This document shows, piece after piece, positions 9,116-17,589 of a stretch of 32,000 nt of DNA. Both the position numbers and the translations under genes were made by a program. Source of the stretch: Trichlorobacter lovleyi SZ (lineage in GTDB: Bacteria > Desulfobacterota > Desulfuromonadia > Geobacterales > Pseudopelobacteraceae). Location: the NCBI RefSeq assembly GCF_000020385.1, contig NC_010814.1, positions 2,730,001 to 2,762,000 of the forward strand. The letters run 5' to 3'. The notes beneath the pieces are model-generated. The model did no database searches and was not told the DNA's origin. It worked only from the letters and a program-made list of their open reading frames with translations. Within the stretch, counting starts at the first letter, position 1. The number at the start of each line of letters is the position of its first letter.

Positions 9116-10551
9116 AAGCGCACCTCCAGCATGGCTGCGCCGTCTTTCAACAGCTGCAGCAGCGCCTCGGGCGGCCAGACCCCCAGCCAGACAATCACCA
9201 GCAACATCACCAGTGGCGGCCCCACGGTCAGCAGTTGGTCGCGATAATCGCTTTTTCCCAGATCAGTACGGGGTCTGCCCATCACCATCGGCAGCACGGT
9301 CAGGGCCATGCCGATAAAGATCACCGCCAGGAACAGCAGAAACAGCCCGCCCACCAGATACTGACGTTGAACAAAGATGCTGCTGATAATGGAGAATTCA
9401 CTGATAAAGGGAGAGAACGGCGGTGAGCCGGTAATGGCGATAAATCCGGCCAGAAAGAGCCCGCCTGACCAGGGCAGCCGGGTCAGCGCCCCCTGCACGA
9501 CCTCGGTGGTCTTACCGCCGTAGGAACGGTGGATATTGCCGGAGGAGAGAAACAGCACCCCCTTGGTCAGACCGTTGTTAATCAGGTGGAACAGCACCCC
9601 GAACAGGGCACCTTTACCGATCCCCAGACCTATGGCCAGGATACCGACATGCTCAACACTGGAGTAGGCCAGCATCCGTTTAAAATCATGCTGGCGGGCC
9701 ATGAACACCGCTGCCACCGCCATGGAGAGCAGCCCCAGCACCACCAACACCTGCTGAAAGAACAGCAGTTCAGTCACTGAAGCCAGACAGATCTGATAGA
9801 TCCGCAAAATGGCCAGAAAGGCGCAGTTAACCAGGCCGCCAGCCAAAAGCGCCCCCACCAGACCAGGGGCCTCGCCATAGGCATCCGGCTTCCAGGTATG
9901 CAACGGCGCCAGACCCAGCTTGGAGCCGTAGCCCACCAGCAGAAAGATAAAGGCAGCATGCAACCAGCCACGGTTCAACAGTCTGGCATCCTCCAGCAGG
10001 TCAGACAGCAACAGGGTGGCATCCTGATGGGCAACGTGGGTGGCATAGGCCAGAAACAGCAGTCCCAGCAACGCCAGGGCGATCCCCACCGAGCAGATCA
10101 GCAGATACTTCCAGGTGGCTTCAATGGAACGGGCGTTGCGGTTAAAGTAGATCAGCGGCGCCATGGAGACGGTGGTGGTCTCCACCGCCACCCAGAGCAG
10201 ACCAAGATGTTGGCAGAGGGTCACCAGCGACATGGCTGCCAGACAGACCAGCAGCCCCAGACAGAGTACCCGGTTGGAACGCTCCTGACGGTAGGCCAGG
10301 TAGCCGACCCCGTAGACCGCACAGACCGCAAACAGGGCACTGACTGCCAGCAGAGTAATCTTGCCCAGCGGGTCCAGCCAGAGCCAGCTGCCCGGCACCT
10401 TAATTGACGGCGTGGCGATCAGGTAGAGACTTAAGGCCAGATGCGGCAGGGCAATGATCGGCAACAGCAGCGGACGCACACGATTGTCCGGTATCAGCCA
10501 GGCAATCAGTCCCCCCAGTAGCGGCAGCAGCACGAGCAGATAGGTCAGCAT
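9112..10551 (-). CDS. ehrD: Ehr complex HyfF/NuoN-like antiporter-type membrane subunit
   Basis: Polytopic membrane protein of the NuoL/M/N (Mrp antiporter-like) family (WKPDAYGEAP, MLAYSSVEHVGI). Start is set at MLTYLLVLL (ATG 10551) because gggagg lies upstream and it follows the previous stop by 5 nt; the listed ORF extends to 10608. Confidence 0.8.
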   Translation of the reverse strand: MLTYLLVLLPLLGGLIAWLIPDNRVRPLLLPIIALPHLALSLYLIATPSIKVPGSWLWLDPLGKITLLAVSALFAVCAVYGVGYLAYRQERSNRVLCLGLLVCLAAMSLVTLCQHLGLLWVAVETTTVSMAPLIYFNRNARSIEATWKYLLICSVGIALALLGLLFLAYATHVAHQDATLLLSDLLEDARLLNRGWLHAAFIFLLVGYGSKLGLAPLHTWKPDAYGEAPGLVGALLAGGLVNCAFLAILRIYQICLASVTELLFFQQVLVVLGLLSMAVAAVFMARQHDFKRMLAYSSVEHVGILAIGLGIGKGALFGVLFHLINNGLTKGVLFLSSGNIHRSYGGKTTEVVQGALTRLPWSGGLFLAGFIAITGSPPFSPFISEFSIISSIFVQRQYLVGGLFLLFLAVIFIGMALTVLPMVMGRPRTDLGKSDYRDQLLTVGPPLVMLLVIVWLGVWPPEALLQLLKDGAAMLEVRL

Positions 10552-10555
10552 CACC

Positions 10556-11206
10556 CTATTCCTCCCGTAGCGTCTGCAGACGTGAGGTATCCACGCTTGA
10601 AAACTCACGGCTGATATGATTGATCACAATTCCCATCACAAAAATCCCCACCAGAAGGTCCAGCAATGCGCCAGCCTCAACCATGAACGGCATCGCCTCA
10701 GCCAGCAGCAGACCAAAGATAAAGATGCCGTTTTCCAGCACCAGATAGCCGATAACCTGTGAAATCGCCTTTTTGCGGGTGGTCAGAATCAGGAAACCGG
10801 TCATCAGGGTGGCGATGGAGGCCGGCACAAACAGCAGATCACGATGTTCCGGAGCCAGCGGCAGCTTCTGGGCAAACACAAAGGCCAGGGCCGTAAAGAC
10901 CGCCCCCAGCAGCAGGGTGGGCACATAGCCGATGAACGGCTCAACCTCACGCCGGATCTGGGCCTTGCGCACCGCATCATTCAGCAGGTAGGGAATCACA
11001 ACCCCTTTGGCCAGGATGATGCTGACCGTAATGGCCAGCAGGTGCCCGGAAAAAGGGTGCAACAGACCCGGTATGATCCCCAGAATCACCCCCTGGGCCG
11101 CCACTGCCCTGATGACAAAGGCCATCCTGCTGGAACCCAGCATGATAAAATTGATCAGCATCACCAGCACCAGCAGTTGATCGGCAAGAGAAACCATCTG
11201 CATCAC
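10556..11206 (-). CDS. ehrC: Ehr complex HyfE-like small membrane subunit
   Basis: Hydrophobic 216-aa protein in the HyfE position between the NuoH-like and HyfF-like genes. The start is ambiguous (GTG 11206, ATG 11203 or ATG 11197); all overlap or abut the upstream stop. Confidence 0.75.
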   Translation of the reverse strand: MMQMVSLADQLLVLVMLINFIMLGSSRMAFVIRAVAAQGVILGIIPGLLHPFSGHLLAITVSIILAKGVVIPYLLNDAVRKAQIRREVEPFIGYVPTLLLGAVFTALAFVFAQKLPLAPEHRDLLFVPASIATLMTGFLILTTRKKAISQVIGYLVLENGIFIFGLLLAEAMPFMVEAGALLDLLVGIFVMGIVINHISREFSSVDTSRLQTLREE

Positions 11207-12114
11207 CTCACTATCAGCAACATGGCAAAGGCGGAAAGGATCGTGGCTGCCACCAGCAGCTGCGGAATCCTGACCAGCCGTAAACGGGCCATGACCGATT
11301 CCACCACCCCGATCAGCACCGCCAGAAACAACATGGCTGCCACAAAAGCCACCCAGTCAACCAACAGGTTACCGCTCTTGAACGGCAGGGCCAGATTGAC
11401 AAAAACCGCCCCCAGCACAAACAGTTTCAGGGCAGCACCATACAGGATCAGACCAAAGGCCGGACCGCTGTGATCCAGCACCATCACCTCATGGATCATG
11501 GTCAGCTCAAGGTGGGTGTTGGGGTCATCAAAGGGAATCCGGCAGTTCTCAGCCAACAGTGCAATAAACAGCGCCCCCACCAGCAGCAGCATGGAAGCTC
11601 CGGCGCTGACCCATACCGCTGGTGAGGGATAGATCAGCATCGGCGTCAGGGAGAGGCTCTTGCTCATCCGGGCCAGGGTGATCAGGATAAAAAACAGGGT
11701 CGGTTCCACTAGGCAGGCAAAGGTCACTTCACGGGCCGCCCCCATCCCTTCAAAGGGGGAGCCGGTATCAAGGGCGGCACTGGTGGTAAAGAAACGGGCC
11801 AGACCAAACAGGTAGGCGAACAGGATCATATCGCCATTAAACGAGATAATGGACGGATGATTGCCCAGCGGCACCAGCAGGGCAGCCAGCAGGGTAGCAG
11901 CCAGGGTCACCACCGGCCCGGCCCGGAAGACCCAGGTGGTGGTGCTGCTGAAGACCGAACCTTTGCGAAACAGCCTGGCCAGATCATAGTAGGGCTGCAG
12001 ATAGGGTGCCCCCACCCGCCCGGCAAAGGCGGCCTTGGTCTTGTTGATCACCCCCAGCAACAGCGGCGGCATCACCAGTAGCAGCAGAATATGAAACAGA
12101 GTGCTCGGCATCAT
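11203..12114 (-). CDS. ehrB: Ehr complex NuoH/HycD-like membrane subunit
   Basis: NuoH-family features (GSPFEGMGAAREV, NCRIPFDDPNTHLELTMIHEVMVLD). Start is set at MMPSTLF (ATG 12114), which forms an ATGA overlap with the stop of the upstream gene; the listed ORF extends to 12213. Confidence 0.8.
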   Translation of the reverse strand: MMPSTLFHILLLLVMPPLLLGVINKTKAAFAGRVGAPYLQPYYDLARLFRKGSVFSSTTTWVFRAGPVVTLAATLLAALLVPLGNHPSIISFNGDMILFAYLFGLARFFTTSAALDTGSPFEGMGAAREVTFACLVEPTLFFILITLARMSKSLSLTPMLIYPSPAVWVSAGASMLLLVGALFIALLAENCRIPFDDPNTHLELTMIHEVMVLDHSGPAFGLILYGAALKLFVLGAVFVNLALPFKSGNLLVDWVAFVAAMLFLAVLIGVVESVMARLRLVRIPQLLVAATILSAFAMLLIVR

Positions 12115-14111
12115 GGCTGACTCCAGACCATCAGGACAAACAGGGTGGCAAAGACATACAGGATGTAGAGATGCAGGTGCCCGTGCTGCATCCGGCGCAG
12201 CCAGGCCAGACACCAGTCAGCCCCCTGCAGGGACGGAATAATCATCTGATCCAGAATCCGCTCTGTGGTGATACTGACAAAGCGGGCTGAGGCAGGAAAC
12301 GCGCCGCTCAGACCGGACAGCCGCCCCCGGGATCCCACCAGACCACTGATCAGACCGGTAATCAGTTCAGAAAAGGCACTGCCGGTGTACTGCATTCGGG
12401 GGGTCGGGGCCAGGTAGCCGCAGCCCCAGGTACTGGATACCGCCAGAGGTGCCCTCTGCACCAGAAAACGCCAGATCAGCCAGACCAGCAGAATCACGGC
12501 CAGCAGCAGACCGTTCAGCAGGGTCAGCTGCTGCAACGGCACCGCTCCGGCAACCTGACTGAACAGCAGTGGCGAGACCCCTGCATACTGGATCACTGCC
12601 GGTGCCACCAGCTGCAGCAGCAGTGGCGCTCCGATCCCCGCAAGCAGGCAGATTCCGGCCAAAAGCCCCATCGGCAGCAGCATGGCAAGCGGCGACTCAT
12701 GGCCATGGGCCAGTTCCGGATCACGGGGCACCCCAAGAAAGACCGCCCCGTACAGCTTGACAAAGGTTATCACCGCCAGACCGCCCACCAGGGCCAGGAT
12801 TGGCGCCACAAAGCCGATTACCGGCAGATCGGCAAGCATGCCGTCTGAAAAGGCGCCAAAGTAGAGAAACAGCTCGCCAACAAAGCCGTTCAGCGGCGGC
12901 AGGCCGCAGATGGCAAGGGAGCCGACCAGAAACAGGGGAGCGGTGCGGGGCAGGATGCGGGAAAGTCCCCCCATCCGGTCGATCTGGCGGGTACCGGTGG
13001 CATGGATGATCGCCCCGCTGCCCAGAAACAGCAGCGGCTTGAACAGGGCATGGTTGATGATATGGATAAAGGCTCCGGCCAGACCCAAGATTGCCAGCAC
13101 ACGGTCACCGGACTGGATTCCCACCAGCGCCATCCCCAGACCGATACAGATGATGCCGATATTTTCAATACTGCTGCAGGCCAGCAGTCGCTTCAGATCC
13201 CGCTGTGCCGATGCCAGGGCAATACCGGTAATTGCCGAAACAGCCCCCAGCAGCAGCACCAGCCAGCCAAACCAGACCGGCAGCTGCTGAAAAAACGAAA
13301 CAGCCCTGATGATGCCGTAGATCCCCACCTTGAGCATGATGCCGGACATCAGGGCCGAGACATGACTGGGGGCGTTGGCATGGGCACCGGGCAGCCAGAT
13401 ATGCAGCGGCATGATGCCGGCCTTGGCGCCAAATCCGATCAGGGCCGCCACCAGCATCACCAGGGTCACGGTACCACCCAGGGCCAGACTGTGGGCGGCA
13501 GGAAAGGCAAACGAACCGGTCTCCCCCTTCAGCAGCGCAAAGAATACATACAGCGCCATGCTGCCGGTATGGGTGGCCAGCAGATAGACCGTACCGGCCC
13601 GTTGCACCTGTAGATTCTGCTGATCGGTCATCAGCAGCAGCCAGGAAGAAAGGGCCATCACCTCCCAGGCAATCAGCAGCAGCAGACCATCGCGGGCCAC
13701 CAGCACCAGCGCCATGGAGGCCAACAGCAGACCGGAAAACAGGGTAACCCGCTTTTCAACAGCTGGCTGGACGGCTGCAGGCAGATAGGCCAGGCCATAG
13801 AGCGAACAGCAGAGCGCAGCTAATAACAGGGGGAGCAGAAAGAGTGCAGAAAGAGGGTCAACCGAGAGTTCAGAGGGGCCAAAGGGGAGCGGCCAATCAA
13901 GCAGGTAACGGGTTGCAGGGGCACCACCAAGAATCTGCAGTGCTCCTGCCATGCCCCATAGGGCAGCACAGGCAGTGATACAAACCGACAGGATCTGACC
14001 TGGTCCGGGCCGCTTCAGCAGCAGGCCGGGCAGGCCGCTCAATCCGATCAGTGCAATTGCCCACAACAGGCTACTGACCGGATCAACGTCTATGTTCCAG
14101 ACAAAGACCAT
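12111..14111 (-). CDS. ehrA: Ehr complex NuoL/HyfB-like antiporter-type membrane subunit
   Basis: 666-aa polytopic protein with NuoL/HyfB motifs (GIMPLHIWLPGAHANAPSHVSALMSG, NHALFKPLLFLGSGAIIH) and the HyfB-type C-terminal extension (TWGCGYLAPTPRMQYTGSAF). First gene of the operon. Confidence 0.85.
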   Translation of the reverse strand: MVFVWNIDVDPVSSLLWAIALIGLSGLPGLLLKRPGPGQILSVCITACAALWGMAGALQILGGAPATRYLLDWPLPFGPSELSVDPLSALFLLPLLLAALCCSLYGLAYLPAAVQPAVEKRVTLFSGLLLASMALVLVARDGLLLLIAWEVMALSSWLLLMTDQQNLQVQRAGTVYLLATHTGSMALYVFFALLKGETGSFAFPAAHSLALGGTVTLVMLVAALIGFGAKAGIMPLHIWLPGAHANAPSHVSALMSGIMLKVGIYGIIRAVSFFQQLPVWFGWLVLLLGAVSAITGIALASAQRDLKRLLACSSIENIGIICIGLGMALVGIQSGDRVLAILGLAGAFIHIINHALFKPLLFLGSGAIIHATGTRQIDRMGGLSRILPRTAPLFLVGSLAICGLPPLNGFVGELFLYFGAFSDGMLADLPVIGFVAPILALVGGLAVITFVKLYGAVFLGVPRDPELAHGHESPLAMLLPMGLLAGICLLAGIGAPLLLQLVAPAVIQYAGVSPLLFSQVAGAVPLQQLTLLNGLLLAVILLVWLIWRFLVQRAPLAVSSTWGCGYLAPTPRMQYTGSAFSELITGLISGLVGSRGRLSGLSGAFPASARFVSITTERILDQMIIPSLQGADWCLAWLRRMQHGHLHLYILYVFATLFVLMVWSQP

Positions 14112-14301
14112 AGCAAAACGGTTCCATTAATTGAGAAATAGCGCTGGACCATTTAAAACAGAGACAGCGTTTTAGCAGATGCGGTTTTTCTATACCACAT
14201 ACGGAAAGAACATGGTATATTTTTTTAGCAAGTGGCGTTTATTGGCCTCTGACACTGCAGAAACAATGTTATTGTGCATCACAGAAAGGCAGCTCTCAGC
14301 T

Positions 14302-14991
14302 ATGCAATTAAAGGCATCGGATGCGGCTCAGGCCCTGCATGTGGATGAAAAAACCGTTCTGCGCTGGATCAGAAATGACAAACTGCCGGCTGAACAGATC
14401 CGGGGTGACTATCATATCAACCGGGTTGACCTGCTGGAGTGGGCCACTGAACGGGGGATCAAGGTTGATCCGGCTATCTTTGAGCTTGATGATTCTGACG
14501 ATACCCGTCCGCTGCCACTGTTAAGTCAGGCCCTTGAGGCCGGTGGCATTCACTGCAATGTGGCAGGCAGCGATGTCCAGTCTGTACTGCAGCAGGTGGT
14601 GGATCTGCTGAACCTGCCGGAAGAACTTGACCCTGATTTTGTGCTGCAGGTGCTGCTGGCCCGGGAAGCGATGGGCACTACGGCGGTGGGTGACGGCATC
14701 GCCATCCCCCATGTGCGCAACCCGCTGCTGCTGCGGCTGCCGGTGCCCAGGGTATCGCTCTGCTTTCTGGCCCAGCCGGTGGATTTTGGCGCACTGGATG
14801 GCAAGCCGGTGCAGACCCTGTTCACCATTACCAGCCCCACGGTACGCACCCACCTGCATCTGCTTTCAAAACTGGCCTATGCCCTGCGAGATGACCGGCT
14901 TCGTCAGGTATTAAAGACACCCTGTCAGCGGGAGCAGATACTTGCAACCCTGCGCCAGATTGAAAGCGACATCGGAAAGGGCAGCCCATGA
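14302..14991 (+). CDS. fusion protein: excisionase/MerR-type HTH + PTS EIIA(Ntr)/PtsN-like domain
   Basis: N-terminus MQLKASDAAQALHVDEKTVLRWIRNDKLPA is a typical excisionase-family HTH. The C-terminal domain carries the EIIA-2 active-site context GDGIAIPHVR. Start is set at the internal ATG 14302; the listed ORF begins at 14179. ATGA overlap with the next gene. Confidence 0.8.
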   Translation: MQLKASDAAQALHVDEKTVLRWIRNDKLPAEQIRGDYHINRVDLLEWATERGIKVDPAIFELDDSDDTRPLPLLSQALEAGGIHCNVAGSDVQSVLQQVVDLLNLPEELDPDFVLQVLLAREAMGTTAVGDGIAIPHVRNPLLLRLPVPRVSLCFLAQPVDFGALDGKPVQTLFTITSPTVRTHLHLLSKLAYALRDDRLRQVLKTPCQREQILATLRQIESDIGKGSP

Positions 14992-16979
14992 GCTACGGGG
15001 CCTGGGCAGTTGATCCAACACTGTTGCTGATGGGTGCAGTGCTGCTTGCTGCCCTGTCCGGCCTGCCGTTGTTGTTGAAACCGCTCTCCCCTGTCCCTGC
15101 CCAGCGCCTGAGTGTCTTGCTGATTATCCTGGCAACCATTGCCGGGCTTGTCGGTGCCATCAGCAGCCTGCTTTCCGGCAGCAGCACCAGCTACCTCATC
15201 TCACTGCCGCTCCCCTTTGGTCCGCATATCCTGGCCCTTGATCCCCTTTCAGCCCTGTTTGTGATTCCGATTCTGCTGGTGGCCTGCAGCTGCAGCATCT
15301 ACAGTCTGGGGTACTGGCCCGCTGACCACCATCCCCGCACCATCCGCAAAATCAGCATCTTCTTTGGCCTGCTGGTGGCGGCGCTGCTCTGGGTGCTGGT
15401 GGCCCGTTCCGTGGGGCTGTTCCTGATCGGCTGGGAGATCATGGCCCTGACAGCCTACTTTGTGTTGACCACCAATGACGATGAAGCAGAGGTACGCACA
15501 GCCGGCAGCCTTTACATGATCTGCACCCATACCGGCACCCTGGCACTGTTTGGCCTGTTTTCCCTGCTGGCATCGGCAACCGGCAGTTTCCAACTGCCAG
15601 CAACTGCCAGCCTTGACGGCGCAGCCCCCTTTGCCACGGCCGTGCTGCTGCTGGCCCTGCTGGGCTTCGGCCTCAAGGCCGGTATCATGCCGCTGCATAT
15701 CTGGCTCCCCTCTGCCCATGCCAACGCCCCCAGCCATATCTCCGCCATCATGTCCGGGGTAATCCTTAAAATCGGCATCTACGGCCTGGTCCGCACCCTC
15801 TCCTGCTTCAGCACTGTCCCGCTCTGGTGGGGGGTTACCATCCTGACCCTGGGGGTGATCTCCGGCGTTATCGGCGTTGCCTTTGCCATCGGCCAGCATG
15901 ATCTGAAACGGTTGCTGGCCTACCACAGCATTGAAAACATCGGCATCATCTACATCGGCATCGGTGTGGCCCTGATCGGCGCCTCTAACGGCTCAAACCT
16001 GTTGATCCTGCTGGGGATGGGCGGCGCACTGCTGCATGTGATCAACCACGCCCTGTTCAAGGCGTTGCTGTTTCTGGGGGCCGGATCAATCATCCATGCC
16101 ATCGGCACGCGGGAAATTGACCGGATGGGGGGCCTGCTGCGCCGGATGCCCTGGACCGCCTTTTTTTTCCTGATCGGCGCGGTGGCCATCTGCGGCCTGC
16201 CCCCCTTAAACGGTTTTGTCAGTGAACTGCTGATCTATCTGGGCCTGTTCAATGGGGCCATGCAGGGCAACGGAGCTGCAGCAGTTGCCCTGGCAGCACC
16301 GTTTCTGGCACTGGTTGGCGGACTGGCAGTGGCCTGTTTTGTCAAGGTCTTCGGGGTGGTTTTTCTGGGAACTGCCCGGACTGATCAGGCTGCCCGGGCC
16401 CATGAAGCCGGCAGCAGTATGAAGCTTCCCATGGCACTGCTGGCCCTGGTCTGCATCACCATCGGCCTGCTGCCGGCCCTGGTGGCACCGCTGCTGGATG
16501 CAGCTGTTACGGCCTGGCGTCCCGGACTTGCAGTCTCAGAGCTACGGCTTGCCGTTGCTGCACCACTGGGGTGGGTTACCCTGCTGGGGCTTGCCCTGCT
16601 TGCTGCCATTGCCCTTTTTTACCGGATCAGCCAGCGCCGCAGCAGCGATCCAACCAGCGAGACCTGGGGCTGCGGCTATCTGGCACCCACCAGCCGGATG
16701 CAGTACAGTTCATCATCCTTTGCAGAGATGCTGATCAAGCTGTTTAGCGGTATCCTGCGTCCCCATAGCCACCTGCCTGAGATCAGCGGTTCATTCCCGG
16801 CATCCAGCCGCTTTGAAAGCCATCTGCCGGAGACCGTACTGGAGCGGATCTACCTGCCGTTCCTGGTCTGGGCCAATGAAAAACTGACCCCGCTGCGGCA
16901 CCTGCAACATGGTCATCTGCACCTGTATATCCTCTATACCCTGCTGACATTGATTGCCCTGCTGGCCATTCCCCTGTAA
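14988..16979 (+). CDS. second NuoL/HyfB-like antiporter-type membrane subunit (paralog of 12111..14111)
   Basis: Collinear with ehrA over its full length. Shared blocks include GIMPLHIWLPSAHANAPSHISAIMSG, NHALFKALLFLGAGSIIHAIGTREIDRMGGL, TWGCGYLAPTSRMQYSSSSF and HGHLHLYILY. By eye, about half the residues are identical. Confidence 0.85.
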   Translation: MSYGAWAVDPTLLLMGAVLLAALSGLPLLLKPLSPVPAQRLSVLLIILATIAGLVGAISSLLSGSSTSYLISLPLPFGPHILALDPLSALFVIPILLVACSCSIYSLGYWPADHHPRTIRKISIFFGLLVAALLWVLVARSVGLFLIGWEIMALTAYFVLTTNDDEAEVRTAGSLYMICTHTGTLALFGLFSLLASATGSFQLPATASLDGAAPFATAVLLLALLGFGLKAGIMPLHIWLPSAHANAPSHISAIMSGVILKIGIYGLVRTLSCFSTVPLWWGVTILTLGVISGVIGVAFAIGQHDLKRLLAYHSIENIGIIYIGIGVALIGASNGSNLLILLGMGGALLHVINHALFKALLFLGAGSIIHAIGTREIDRMGGLLRRMPWTAFFFLIGAVAICGLPPLNGFVSELLIYLGLFNGAMQGNGAAAVALAAPFLALVGGLAVACFVKVFGVVFLGTARTDQAARAHEAGSSMKLPMALLALVCITIGLLPALVAPLLDAAVTAWRPGLAVSELRLAVAAPLGWVTLLGLALLAAIALFYRISQRRSSDPTSETWGCGYLAPTSRMQYSSSSFAEMLIKLFSGILRPHSHLPEISGSFPASSRFESHLPETVLERIYLPFLVWANEKLTPLRHLQHGHLHLYILYTLLTLIALLAIPL

Positions 16980-17013
16980 ACTACGCACATCCCGACTTCA
17001 TCAGGAGCCTGCC

Positions 17014-17496
17014 ATGACGCCGTTCAACCGGTCACGAACCACCCTTGCCGCCACTGTTTTTTGCCTTTTGCTACTACCCGCGCTCTGCTGGTCCACAGAG
17101 CCCAAACGTTCACGGGGACAGACCGTCTATGTTCCGGCCTACTCCCATGTCTTTACCGGACCACGGGCCAATCCCTATAACCTGGCCATCAGTCTGACGG
17201 TCAGAAACACAGATCCTTCCGCCGGTATGACCGTGACCGCCATTGACTATCACGACCACAACGGCAGGCTGATCCGCCGCTATGCCCCCTCCCCCCTTGG
17301 CCTGACACCGCTGGCCTCCAGCTATATACATCTGGAAGAAAAAGATACCAGCGGCGGGTTTGCCCCCAAGTTCATTGTCCGCTGGGAATCCCCGCGCCCG
17401 ATCAGCGCACCGGTGATTGAGGCGGTCATGATCGGCGCCACCTCAGGCCAGGGGATCTCCTTTGTCAGCCAGGGACAGGTGATTCAGGAGCGGTAA
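17014..17496 (+). CDS. exported DUF3124-like protein
   Basis: aggag lies 7 nt upstream of ATG 17014. Signal peptide (TLAATVFCLLLLPALCWS). Blocks I recall as typical of DUF3124: GQTVYVPAYSHVF, LTVRNTD, GGFAPKFIVRW, PVIEAVMIG, GISFVSQGQVI. The family assignment is from memory and has not been searched. Confidence 0.65.
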   Translation: MTPFNRSRTTLAATVFCLLLLPALCWSTEPKRSRGQTVYVPAYSHVFTGPRANPYNLAISLTVRNTDPSAGMTVTAIDYHDHNGRLIRRYAPSPLGLTPLASSYIHLEEKDTSGGFAPKFIVRWESPRPISAPVIEAVMIGATSGQGISFVSQGQVIQER

Positions 17497-17525
17497 CCCG
17501 GCTGTTTCAAAAATGTGACAGACTC

Positions 17526-17554
17526 TTGACAGAAGCTGCTACTCGGCAGATGAT
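17526..17554 (+). promoter_or_regulatory. candidate sigma-70 promoter for the GAPDH gene
   Basis: Perfect -35 TTGACA (17526-17531), a 17-nt spacer, then a -10-like GATGAT (17549-17554). About 35 nt upstream of the RBS gagggg and ATG 17590. Confidence 0.35.
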
Positions 17555-17589
17555 GAGGAGTTTTTATTTTATCCGAGGGGAACAACGGT

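Noticed and set aside
8171-14111. Long antisense or off-frame ORFs within the Ehr membrane-subunit genes (for example 8171-8764, 9898-10407, 10844-11473, 13002-13613).
   Set aside because: They are His/Gln/Gly/Pro-rich mirror-frame artefacts of hydrophobic-protein genes in high-GC DNA.
14243-14259. Possible sigma-54 promoter (tGGcctctgacacTGCa) upstream of the HTH-EIIA gene.
   Set aside because: The spacing between the GG and GC elements is one nucleotide longer than the canonical -24/-12 spacing, and the flanking consensus bases are poor. It is not reported as a feature.
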